From: Adineta steineri
Lineage: Eukaryota
Assembly: GCA_905250115.1 (NCBI GenBank)
Contig: CAJNOI010000180.1
Location: forward strand, 164,637 to 179,688
Reading direction: 5' to 3'
Length of the DNA stretch: 15,052 nucleotides
Both the position numbers and the translations under genes were made by a program. A model generated the notes under the pieces. That model was not told the origin of the DNA. It was given only the letters and a program-made list of their open reading frames with translations, and searched no databases. This document shows, one piece after another, positions 1 to 10,278 of the stretch. Every line of letters starts with the position of its first letter. The first letter of the stretch is position 1.

Positions 1-835
1 CCACACCCAGCTTCTCAATTTTAAATCAAATTGAATATTAAAAATTGATTAAGTTGAGATGAGAAAAATAACATTTGTTCGAATATAACAGCTGAATAAA
101 TAATTCAATACATTAAAACATGTGAAACTTCACATTGATTTTTATAATTGCCATAAGAATAAAATTCATTTCAATTTACAACAAATGTTTTAACTGTTTC
201 ATTCGTTTGATAGTGACTTGTTTGTAAATAATTTAATATTTTTACTTGATTATAAAATGGCGAATATTGATTCACATTAAATTTAAGCATATTTACACGT
301 ATTCCACTGTAATCTAGAAGATGTTGGTGAGGTGTACGGATGTGGCTGTAGATTATTTGAGCAGATACAAAAGTATGTTGAATGTAAGTATTTTATTTTC
401 CTCATCAATATCCTCATTCTCATTAGTGCGTATATCTGATATGATTATAGATATAATTATCTATGCCATTCATGAACTTACTTGGCAGTCTTTCTGTAAC
501 CAAAAAGTTTCGATTATCATACGTTCCAAATTAGATGAATACTATCAAAATAATTAAATATTACGAAAAATTACACGATGAATTAATGGAGCATTTGAAA
601 GGATAATTAAAGTTATCGTATCAGTTATAACTTTTGTTAATCCTAATAAATTGATTTGCAAGAATGAAAGAACAAAAATATTCTTTTTTATTTGGTATCG
701 AGAAAAAAATATAAAAGCGTGATAATGCAGGAAAAATATGCAAGGAAACAGTTCACGGCCATGACAAAATTAGAGTTCTTCTAATTAAAGTTTTGTTTGC
801 AAGTTGGATTACTTGCAAGAAAAAGAATAAAATAA

Positions 836-2399
836 TTAATATAATTCTGCACTGTTTAAATAATTCAAATTACCAATGCGTCCACCAGTAACTAATACTT
901 TTCCATTTGATAATACCGATGCTGTGTGAACTTCTCGTGCATTAATCATGTTACTAGTAATTGTCCAAGTACTTGTTGATAAATCATATAGCTCAGCACT
1001 GTTCAAAGAACTATAATCATTGGATGTACCACCAATAACTAATACTTTTCCATTTGATAATACAGATGCTGTGTGATAATATCGTCCATAAGTCATGTTA
1101 CTAGTAGTTGTCCAAGTGCCTGTAGATGAATCATAGAGCTCAACACTATTTAAACAACCATTAAAACCATATCCACCAGTAATCAATACTTTTCCATTTA
1201 ATAGTACAGATGCTGTGTGATAGTCTCGTGCATTAATCATATTGCCAGTAGAAAACCAACCTAGAAGGTACATTTTATATATTTATACTATACAACATTG
1301 AATAATCAAACAATCGACATTCATTATTCTAAAAACTACAGTCTTTAATGCCTGTTTTATATCATCTCAAACTTATATAGACTAAGAATGGTAGTCAAAT
1401 GTATTGTACAAAATCTCTTCACATGTCATTATGACATCTTCAGTTTTCTTTATTTTCTATTACTTACCAGCAGCTGTACTCGATTGACTGGTTGTGTTGT
1501 TCAAATTAACTGAAAAGCAAAAGAAAAAAAGCAATGAGCTAGAGTCAGTGGCAAGGATACCGCATATTATACCGGTTGATGTCGTTGTCGTTATTTTAGT
1601 GTTAGTCGTCCTCTTTTGAGCTGTTGTTAAAGCTGAATAAAAAAGGGTAAGTTAGTCACAAAATAAACACATTTCAAAAAGAAAATATAATGAAATCATG
1701 CTTACTCCTTGTTACAGATTTAGTTGTGCTTTTTGTACGTACTATTAAAACATAGAAATAAATTATTCTGGATTATTAACTATTTACTTTCGCTCTAATC
1801 GGTTTCACATTTGTAAGACAAAATTGCTTACTTGTAGTTGTTGTTCGTAATGTTGTAGCTGTTTTAGAGGAAAAAACAGATAAAACTAAAACAGTGATTA
1901 GAAATCTTTTTCACTTGTAGAAGTCTTTGGTGGACAAATTTGTTTGTTTGCTATAGTTAATGGATAGCATATTGGTTGACCACATCGTGTACTGTTCACA
2001 CACATTGCACTCTCGATTGAACAAGTTACATTGTCCATATTGCATCGTACAACCCTTGCACAGGAGAAAATAGTTGGAGCACATATTCCCATATGCGAAT
2101 TGGATTTTAATGAAAAACAATCGCAGTCAAGATTCGATGAACATGATATTCGTTGAGACTTACATGCAGTGAAATTACATGTTGCTATTGTTGAGTTAAC
2201 TAACAAATAAACAATAAGAAAATAGAAAAAATCGTAGTTATTATTATTAAATACTTAGTTGTTGTTGTTGTTCTGATGTATTTCTACCGTTGAAGATGAA
2301 GAAAAAAGTATATAAAATGTAGAACTTGATAATTAATACTTACATTAAAAGTAGCACATAGAATAAAAATATAAAGCTTGAACTCAAAATTTTCGCCAT
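836..2399 (-). CDS. Secreted/extracellular Cys-rich + Thr-rich linker + kelch-repeat protein, 8 exons, about 319 aa. Exons (minus): 2399-2344, 2283-2255, 2199-1915, 1858-1832, 1741-1706, 1632-1573, 1509-1468, 1260-836
   Basis: Manual splicing: every junction is GT-AG and the frame is preserved throughout. Exon lengths 56+29+285+27+36+60+42+425=960 nt = 320 codons including stop. N-terminus [19 protein letters not shown] looks like a signal peptide. Exon 3 has many Cys residues ([22 protein letters not shown]...). Exon 8 holds kelch/galactose-oxidase-like units such as '[21 protein letters not shown]...[14 protein letters not shown]'. Track ORFs 836-1273 and 1898-2206 are two exons of this gene. 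Confidence 0.8.
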
Positions 2400-2855
2400 T
2401 GTGAGATACAACCGTATGAATTATTAAGTAGAGATTATTCTTCTTCTAATACTTTTCGTTACATTTGTTATATAAGCGTTGTGAAATAAACAAACGAGAG
2501 CTGATCAACTCTATAGTTACCAACTAAAATACTTCCTTTCTTATTTTTCTAGAAAAATCATGAAACGAACTTTCCTTTAGTGTGTATAATCATCGGCTGA
2601 AATTTGAAGTGTGTTTGTAAAGAGAAAAAATCTTCGAAAATCACAACTTTATGCAATTACATATTTAGTGAATGAAAAAAGAAAAGAAAAGGAGAAGCAA
2701 TAAACCATTGCTACTTTCTTGCTAATAAGACAAAAACATTGATGTGGCATGATTCGAGCTAATGAAATCATTTAGTGTACATTCGCTGAGCGAAATTTGC
2801 CGAAGACGAAATTTACGAAATCGATTTTCGTCGAATAGATTTATCTAGAGAAGCT

Positions 2856-2907
2856 GGATGTGGCTGTGGGTGTTCTATATCAAATATTCTCACACTCACA
2901 CCCATCC
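2856..2907. repeat. Imperfect inverted pair of G/T-rich telomere-like repeats (degenerate hairpin island)
   Basis: ggatgtggctgtgggtgt ... cacactcacacccatcc. The arms pair with small gaps. Confidence 0.5.
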
Positions 2908-2912
2908 TCAAG

Positions 2913-3044
2913 ATGTTCTGAGAAAAACGTTAAAGAAGTTTTAGAAATGAACTTTTTTCATTTAAATCTAAAAAAATCATATCAAACTAGTATATTTCCA
3001 ATATATTTCATCGGACTTTTTTCCAGCGCATAAAAATGGAGTAA
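2913..3044 (+). repeat. Copy A of a dispersed direct repeat of about 132 bp (copy B 5451-5584)
   Basis: Both contain atgttctgagaaaaacg[t/c]t[a/g]aagaagttttagaaatgaacttttttcatttaaatctaaaaaaatcatatcaaa[c/a]tagtatatttccaatatatttcatc[g/a]gactttttt..agcgcataaaaa. Confidence 0.93.
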
Positions 3045-3186
3045 ATTAACGCGATCTAACACATTCGGGTAACGCACACATTTTTAAGTAACTGAACTTT
3101 CTGGATATGATGATTCATGCGTAAGTAAACTTAGTACCATAATCGATTTTTTTTGTCCGGATTCGCCTAAAAATTTGTGCTAGATG

Positions 3187-3377
3187 CAGAATTTAATTCT
3201 GTATCGAATGATTTTATTTTAGCGGGGAGACAACGGGATAAAGATATCGGTACACCCACCCACCCACCCACCCATACCCTTACCCGCACCCCTATCATCA
3301 CCATTACCCTTACCCAAACCCGCATCCCCGATGATCCACCTCTAAAATAACATCATTCGATAGAGAATTAAATTCTG
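3187..3377. mobile_element. Inverted-repeat (MITE-like) element with a C-rich core
   Basis: Left arm 3187-3222 cagaatttaattctgtatcgaatgattttattttag. The reverse complement of right arm 3342-3377 is cagaatttaattctctatcgaatgatgttattttag (34/36). Weaker similarity continues outward on both sides. Confidence 0.75.
3254..3273 (+). repeat. (ACCC)n microsatellite inside the inverted-repeat element
   Basis: acccacccacccacccaccc, then degenerate cccttaccc / cccgcacccc units to about 3330. Confidence 0.85.
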
Positions 3378-3484
3378 AATCCAACACAATCATATTCAGG
3401 CACAGCACAAGTCATGGAGCGAATTTCGACAAGAAATACAACATTTTTATGTACAAAAAATCGGTTAAAAACTCAGTTTTCAAA

Positions 3485-3525
3485 GGGTGTGGGTGTGGGT
3501 AAAGAGATGTTAAACACCCACACCC
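3485..3525. repeat. Telomere-like hairpin: gggtgtgggtgt / acacccacaccc
   Basis: Perfect 12-bp arms 3485-3496 and 3514-3525, 17-nt loop. Confidence 0.8.
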
Positions 3526-4267
3526 ACCCTAGAGTCGAGTTTCGAAACAACAACTTTGAGGTTGTCACAAAGTTCTTAACATTCACGATCATTGTAGAAT
3601 AAGTCAAATTTATAATATCGAAATTGCGAATTGAAACTATCATATGTTGAAAGAACACTAATGATGCATTATCTGTCATCAGCTGTAAAACATTTATCAG
3701 GAAGAAATGACGCCTAACTTTTTCTTTTGCTTTTCCTTTTAAATATCTCGAAATACAAAATTAAACATAGAATCTCTTGCTAATTCATGAGTAGCTAATT
3801 TAGGATTGAATTATTCATTAGAAGCAACAAATGAGTGTTATCGATATCGAATAGTAATAATCTTTTAGAAAAAGCAATACAAGTGAGCAGTAATATATTC
3901 ATATTGATTATACTATGATGAAATATATATGATAAAAAGAAAATCCTATGATTGCAATAATATCGTTTTGGGTGATTCCATATGAAACGTACCACTTTGT
4001 ACACGACCTTCTCAGAATTTGCTCAAACTTCCAGGCTTTGTAGAGCTCGTTGAGCTGATCATTTTTGTATAAAAATGTCATAGGTTTGCATCTAGTTTGA
4101 CTTGGAGCCACCCATAATAAAGTGACGTGAAAATGTCGAAAAACAGGCAAAATCAAGTGGGTCACTAAAAGTATTTTGACTATTTTATCTTCATTCAAAA
4201 TTGAAACTCCAACTATTTATACATATTCTGATAGCCCAGATTTCGCTCTATCGATCCATGTACAAGT

Positions 4268-4618
4268 TAGAGATCCAACGGTGACGATCATTAATCGCTA
4301 TACCGGCAAACCGATGAACCGGTGAAACGATAACCGCTTAGACCGGTAAAACGGTGACGATTAATCGATCTAACGGTGAAAGGCGGTAAACGCTTTAAAA
4401 CCTACGGTAAAGATCGATACTTTGGCACCATTAGTCACCATTTTTCTGAAGGGATATGAATTAATTAATATACTGGTCTTCACCGTGGTTTTAAAGTGTT
4501 TATCGGCTTTCACCGTTAGACCGATTAATCGCCACCGTTTCACCGGTCCATCGGTTAAAGCGGTTATCGGTTGGGTATGGTTATCGGTAGATCGGTTTTC
4601 ATCATTTTTGCATCCCTA
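4268..4618. mobile_element. Foldback/MITE-like element of about 350 bp
   Basis: Long imperfect inverted arms: 4328-4412 (cgataaccgctta..ccggtaaaacggtgacgattaatcgatctaacggtgaaag...) against 4478-4569 (reverse complement cgataaccgctttaaccgatggaccggtgaaacggtggcgattaatcggtctaacggtgaaag...). Termini tagagatc / catcccta are hAT-like but imperfect. No convincing TSD. Confidence 0.65.
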
Positions 4619-5450
4619 ATAACGACAAAACGAATATACTTAAATAGATCAATTCCCGTTTCTAGACCTTATCCGTATAGTTTAGGGAAAAACAGAGATT
4701 AAAAAGAATAGTAATAATAATAGTAATATTTTAAAGTTCCTTGTGATCTCTGGGAATGGTTGTCTATATATCGGATCAGTGTAACCATTCTTTAGGAAAA
4801 AGTAAGTTACGTTCAGTATGATGTCGAATATGAAGTTCATTACAAAAATATTCAATCGTTTTATTGAGAACTTCAGCGATTATAACCTACTAAAGAAATT
4901 TAGTTTAGTTTCAAGAAAAAAAATATACACATATACATCTTAGGTGACCAATTAAGGGTGTCCCCCTCAGAAACGATTTCTCACTTAGCATGGTCGATTT
5001 CAGCTGAAATTTCCAGCGATAAGTGACTCTAGTGAGATACGCTTCTGGTGAAAATTTCAGCTCGCTAGGTCGTACCAGACCGGATTTCTAGTTGACTCAT
5101 ACGCAATTTTTGGCCTCCAGTAGAATTGACAAAACTCCCGTGTAAATCGAGGTATAGAGCTCGGGTTGGTTTTAAATTAAAGCCAATGTTAGTACGCAAC
5201 TTTTGTCCGAGCGGAATGTTTTTATTGCGTCTTGTTCATTTTTTATGAGCATTTTAGTGGAGAGGTTTCCAAAGTAGCATAAAAAATGACGATTCAACAA
5301 CAGTCAATTCCACTTTTTTCAGCTCAGGGATCAACTAAAAAAAATCCGCTCCGACAAAAGTTGACTCCGATTAAGGCCTTTAAAATAAAAAAAATATTAA
5401 TTATAAGTCGAGATAGGAGCGAGGAGTTCCAATTTTTCTCATGAAAAAAC

Positions 5451-5584
5451 ATGTTCTGAGAAAAACGCTGAAGAAGTTTTAGAAATGAACTTTTTTCATT
5501 TAAATCTAAAAAAATCATATCAAAATAGTATATTTCCAATATATTTCATCAGACTTTTTTAAAGCGCATAAAAAATGAAGTAAG
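5451..5584 (+). repeat. Copy B of the dispersed direct repeat (copy A 2913-3044)
   Basis: Near-identical over about 132 bp by direct reading. Confidence 0.93.
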
Positions 5585-5585
5585 T

Positions 5586-5630
5586 TGTGGGGTGAGTGTC
5601 AGTAAAATGAATAAGATAAACCCACACCCT
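5586..5630. repeat. Degenerate telomere-like hairpin island
   Basis: tgtggggtgagtgt ... aaacccacaccct, directly following repeat copy B. Confidence 0.45.
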
Positions 5631-5766
5631 CAAGATGCTGTGTCTGATTTTACAAATGTTGTATTTTTGCATCGTGTTGCACACTTTCTTCTTTTGATTT
5701 CTTTGAATATTCCGAATAACTCTACGAATCAAAGCGATTGTTAACTTTTCTCGTCAACAAATATTC

Positions 5767-6750
5767 ATGGAAGATTTTCGAATATCCAGTGGTCGTGTAT
5801 ACATCAAATATTTAGTTATTCTATTATTCCTCATAGTTACCGGGTATTTTTACAGCAGATCAAACAAAGACATACCCAAAGATCATAAACGGTTCTTGCA
5901 ATGTGAAACTCCAGTAACAACGCCCTTCTTCTCAATATGGAATCCATCGTCAACGGCAAGAAAAAATGCAATTGCTATCTTATTTGACGGGTCTATAATG
6001 GATTTAGCGCCTAAGATAGGGGTACTTGATGCGCATATTTCTGATAATTTAACGGCAGACATCATTATTTTCCACAGCTCATATCCTGCAAATGTCCATT
6101 TACAGTCGCTTGCTAGTACGACTAAACGTCAAATTATTTTTTATAATATTGACGCCATATTTACAACGTTTCCGAAAGGATTCAATCCCTATGTAGAACA
6201 CGCAACTTGGTCGAAACGAGGCAAATGGAATTATCATCATATGTGTCGGTTTTGGTTCAAACTTATTCTGGATATTCCATTAATTAATAAATATGACTAT
6301 GTTATGAGACTTGACGGTGATTCAAAAGTAACGGGAGTTTGGTTTAATGTTTTTGATTTGATGAAAAATAAAACGGCGGTCAATTTTGCTAACGTAGAAG
6401 AAGCAGATCTCGAAGCTATCTTACCTGGCCTGATGAAACTGAAAACATTTACACTTGACTATCTAAATAAATCTGGAATAATTCCTAAAAATCCGATCAG
6501 ATTGACACGAGCTTTTGATATTCCCGGTCAAATACGTTTACATAATACAAATTTTGATATCTTCAAAGTCGAATTTTTTAAAAGTCAACCAGTTACTCAT
6601 TGGATCAATGCTGTGGACGAAAGTTTTGGTATATTTCGATATCGGTGGGGAGATCATGTGCTCAGATATCTCACAACCGCGATGTTTGCCACTCCAGACG
6701 AAGTACTTGTAAGAACAGATTTCAATCTGCCTTACTGTCATCCATGCTAA
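5767..6750 (+). CDS. Putative Golgi type II membrane glycosyltransferase, GT15 (KRE2/MNT1 alpha-1,2-mannosyltransferase)-like, intronless, 327 aa
   Basis: Uninterrupted ORF with an N-terminal hydrophobic anchor (VYIKYLVILLFLIVTGYFY). Motifs HHMCRFWFKLILD, YDYVMRLDGDSKV, NFDIFKVEFFKS and FRYRWGDHVLRYLTTAMFATPDEV...YCHP recall the GT15 YNxCRF / RxEP / YYERWGDxPVHSxAAALF / YxHPPF pattern, from memory. AATAAA at about 6833. Confidence 0.72.
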   Translation: MEDFRISSGRVYIKYLVILLFLIVTGYFYSRSNKDIPKDHKRFLQCETPVTTPFFSIWNPSSTARKNAIAILFDGSIMDLAPKIGVLDAHISDNLTADIIIFHSSYPANVHLQSLASTTKRQIIFYNIDAIFTTFPKGFNPYVEHATWSKRGKWNYHHMCRFWFKLILDIPLINKYDYVMRLDGDSKVTGVWFNVFDLMKNKTAVNFANVEEADLEAILPGLMKLKTFTLDYLNKSGIIPKNPIRLTRAFDIPGQIRLHNTNFDIFKVEFFKSQPVTHWINAVDESFGIFRYRWGDHVLRYLTTAMFATPDEVLVRTDFNLPYCHPC

Positions 6751-7182
6751 TATCGGAAACATGAACACATCATATTTGGTATTGTAGAATGCTATTCATC
6801 GCGAGGAACCATAAGTTTAGCTATAGAGCATGAATAAAAAAACAAATACAAAGTTTTGTCAAACTCAACAAATTATATCACAATATATATGAGATAGATT
6901 GATTCTTACTGAGAGGAGATATTGGTATGTTTCGTATGAATAAACAACGTGATAGAGAATCAGAAGAGTATAAAGATGTTTCTTTCGTGCGATCAATAGC
7001 AGATGCATTTCTCATCAGCGATAACTATATTGATTTTCGCCGTAAGAATAAATCGAAAAGATTCCAATATATTCTGCGCAGCTGGCTTATTTGTTTTAGG
7101 TTGGGTGAATATCTATTTTTATTATTTTAATGAAAAATAAATTTTATAAGATGAAATTCAAAAGTGCGAAATAGAGTGAAGA

Positions 7183-8583
7183 GCAGGGGTGGTGCATTAG
7201 CGTTAGCATTGCATTAGTTAAGACTTAATTCTAATACTTAATGCTTTGGCATTAGTGTTAACTTAGCATTAGCATAATTCAACACCAACTATCATTTTTT
7301 GCTTATTTTTCGAGATATGACTTTGGTCATAGCTTTAGGCTCTTTCTAGTCAAGTTTTTGTCGCATTACCTGTAGTAGAAAATCGTATGCTCATATGAGA
7401 CCTAGATTATTGTACGTCTATAAATATTTAAAGAGAATATATATTTTGTGACCAGATCGGTTATGTGAAAAGAAATCTCATCGTAAGAAGTAGAGAGCGA
7501 ATGTCATGTGACACTTCGCATATCAGTGACTAGTATCAAACTGAATAAGTTATCACCAATAAAAAAGAGAAAATGTTAATTTCTTGATTATGATCATAGA
7601 ATTTTTTTTCAACTCTATTCTATTTTATGCCCGTTGACACTTAAAGTATTAAAAAGAACTTTTAGTTATAAACATAATATTCCATCGTGATTTAGAGTTT
7701 ATCTATATCTGTTCCTAAATAGAAATTGATTGAATATGAGTTTTACGAATTTCTTAAAAGCATAAGCATATAGATACATATATTCTTATGAAGATTTGTA
7801 TAGACGAGTAAAATCAATGGAGGTCAACATCGACGGAGTTGTGTATTTTCTCTGCAGCTATATTCTAACCGAACGAAACAGAAGTTCAACTAACACCTGC
7901 TGCCATTTTTGTTTTATTTTTATGTTATAGATGTACGAAAAATATTTTTAGGTAGTGTATCGTCATTTCATCAGAAGTACTACTACAGTTTACAAGATGT
8001 TACGTAGATAATTACAGTTTTATGCAAGCGATACATATGATTCTATAAAAACCATGTATGTTTGCTGTATTTTGTCATTCTAGACAAGTAAAAAATGAAA
8101 ACTTATTTAATAAACATGTATATAATCATGATCACAATAAACAAGATAAAATTGATGTCTCTTTTCTAAACAGACAATTTATTCACTTTAATATCTGCGC
8201 CATATGGTAGTCAGATAGTTTATCATGTTGTCTAAGTATAATTCCTTGCAATGAGATTTCATTTTCCAGTATCAATCTTTCATAAAAATGTGTTTTCAAT
8301 CTGGATTTTTTATAAGAATTCATCCACAGATAGATTTTTTTCCGCTACAGCAAATCTCGTAGAAACTCGACTAGAAAGAGTGTAAAGCTATGTCCAAAGT
8401 CATATCTCGAAAAATAAGGAAAAAATGATAGTTGATGTTGAATTATGCTAATGCTAATTTAACTCTAATGCCAAAGTATTAAGTGTTACTGTAATACTAA
8501 TACCAAGAGTATTAAGTATTAGACTATTTTTAATACAAAAGTATTAGCATTATCTTAACTCTAACACTAATGCACCACCCCTA
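7183..8583. mobile_element. Candidate non-autonomous DNA element of about 1.4 kb with long inverted ends
   Basis: Left end 7184-about 7385 (aggggtggtgcattag...ttagcattagcataattcaacaccaactatcattttttgcttatttttcgagatatgactttgg) is repeated inverted at about 8337-8582, ending ...aatgcaccacccct. Each end is about 200-250 bp, with an extra segment in the right copy. No clear TSD and no ORF of note inside. Confidence 0.68.
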
Positions 8584-8755
8584 GTATACTTTCAGTATTT
8601 GGCCAATTTTTACGTTATTTCACAATATCTGAAAGATGTTCTATACATTGTTCGATGCAGAATTTGATGGGCTACATTCTGATGTAAAGTACTCTTATTT
8701 ATATTGGGTTTAATGAGTTATTCCCTTTTCAGAAAGAAAGGGTTATAGGCTCGTT

Positions 8756-8823
8756 CAGGCATGCTCCAATTCGGTTCGGTTCCAATTCTAGAATTGGTTT
8801 GAATTGGAATTGGTGCATGCCTA
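8756..8823. mobile_element. Tiny (68 bp) near-palindromic MITE with 8-bp target-site duplication
   Basis: caggcatgctccaattcggttcggttccaattctagaattggtttgaattggaattggtgcatgccta. Flanks ggctcgtt (8748-8755) and agctcgtt (8824-8831), 7/8 match. Confidence 0.72.
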
Positions 8824-9684
8824 AGCTCGTTAAATAGGGTCATTAAAATGCTTAAAGTTTGTTTGCATAATCCAATCAGATTGCAGCAAATTATATTACA
8901 ATAAATTCTTTCTATTTTATTTTTAAAAAAATCAAGAATACCCTTATCGAGGTCAAGAAACTCGAATCCGCTGTTATTTTTTGAAATTCTTTTTGTAAGT
9001 ACCAATTTTTTTAGACAAAGGACTACTTTTTTTTACAAAAAAATGTTTTTTTCATAAAGTTTGACGACACATGATCGGAGAATGCGAATCGGAGATCAGA
9101 TTTTTGAAATTTTTTTTATCCTTCAGTTTTTTACATAAAGGATAACTTTTTTGCGAAAAACATTTTTCAGATGCGGTGGGTGTGGATATTCACTTGTTCG
9201 GCATGTGTTTAAAAACTATTTCCAGCAGACTCAGAAAAATCGGATTTAAACGAGACCAAGACGAGTACGACTTTTAATGAGCGGGAGCGGGATTGCGATG
9301 AAAAAAACCTATCTGGTCGGACCCTAGTTGATAACTATAATCGGAATTTTCGGTAAGATACAAACAAATAATTTAAAAAAGGGAACAGCTATTTGAAATC
9401 CTGCTGTTGAGTCGTTGGCGATACCAACTGCAGATCAACATTCAAAATAAATGAAGATCTTTCCTGTGGCATAATGTAATATACTCTATTCGTTACAGCC
9501 CATAACATAGCTCTCCTTTTCTTAGTTTCTTCTTATGAATCATAATATCAAATACCTAGTATTTTTCTGAGAGAAATTCATATAAAATGCAGTTCTTCAT
9601 TCCAAAGCTGAACTAATAGTGAAGAAAATAATAGGATTGAACACGAAAATGGCTAGGCGTGAGCGTGAGTGGCCGACGAACGAC

Positions 9685-10057
9685 TAGGGATGTGCAGTGT
9701 CAGTGAAAATACTGAAAAACTGACACTTAAAATATCAGTTCGGTGTCCACCGAACACCGAATATAAGTGGTCGGTGCCCACCGTGGCACTGAAATATCGG
9801 TACCAGTGTTCACTGAACACGGACGATATCAGTTCCTAAAATATTTTTGTGTTAAACCTTATTGTTTACAATAATATATCAGTGTGTTCACCGAAAAACT
9901 GACACGGTGGACACCGACCACTTATATCCAGTGTTCGGTGAACACTGACACCGACATTTTCGGTGGCACGGTGAGCACCGAACACCGAATATAAGTGTCA
10001 CTGAAAATCGTTGTCAGTGAAATTCAGCGCTCAGTAAACCGACACTGCACATCCCTA
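9685..10057. mobile_element. hAT-like MITE, 373 bp, with 17-bp perfect TIRs and 8-bp TSD
   Basis: TIR tagggatgtgcagtgtc (9685-9701) and gacactgcacatcccta (10041-10057). Flanks cgaacgac (9677-9684) / caaacgac (10058-10065), 7/8. An internal 22-mer caccgaacaccgaatataagtg is repeated at 9748 and 9976. Confidence 0.87.
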
Positions 10058-10148
10058 CAAACGACTAGACATTCATTTAGAAGATTGCTTTAAAGCAGTT
10101 TTAAAATGAGTCTCAGTTGGGTTAAATGATTTCTTGAAAGCACTTAAG

Positions 10149-10247
10149 GAGGGTGTGGGTGTGGGGTGGGTGTGGGTGTGAGTGTGGGTGTGGATGAGGA
10201 TATGATTGTGGCTATGGAAGGTGTATAAAACCCACACCCACACCCTC
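10149..10247. repeat. Telomere-like hairpin, largest copy: 17-bp perfect arms
   Basis: gagggtgtgggtgtggg (10149-10165) and cccacacccacaccctc (10231-10247), 65-nt loop that is itself G/T rich (ggtgggtgtgggtgtgagtgtgggtgtgg). Confidence 0.88.
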
Positions 10248-10278
10248 TCGGTCTCGATACATCACTAATTAGTTCTAC

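Noticed and set aside
321-557. 78-aa ORF on the + strand
   Set aside because: No recognisable domain, low-complexity Ile/Ser-rich translation in AT-rich DNA; might contain a chance GTAAGT donor but no supporting exon.
3473-3679. 68-aa minus ORF containing GWVWVFNISLPTPTPFEN
   Set aside because: The protein-like motif is simply a translation of the (TGTGGG)-like hairpin; the same applies to 13725-13955 (MWVWVFFLSTPTPS).
4268-4618. hAT-type 8-bp TSD for the foldback element
   Set aside because: Flanks gtacaagt and ataacgac do not match; the element call rests on the inverted arms only.
4422-4619. 65-aa ORF inside the foldback element
   Set aside because: Lies entirely in nested inverted repeats; no domain signal.
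5002-5062. 11-bp inverted repeat agctgaaattt ... aaatttcagct
   Set aside because: Real match but short and in AT-rich DNA; insufficient to define an element or regulatory hairpin.
6515-6768. ORFs overlapping the 3' part of the GT15-like gene (+ and - strands)
   Set aside because: Alternate-frame shadows of a stronger conserved ORF.
6927-7130. 67-aa charged ORF downstream of the GT15-like gene
   Set aside because: Too short, no motif, not linked by clear splice sites to a neighbour.
9000-9180. Two T/A-rich blocks with similar order (gaaattctttttg... / gaaattttttttat...)
   Set aside because: Homopolymer-rich; apparent duplication could easily arise from composition alone.
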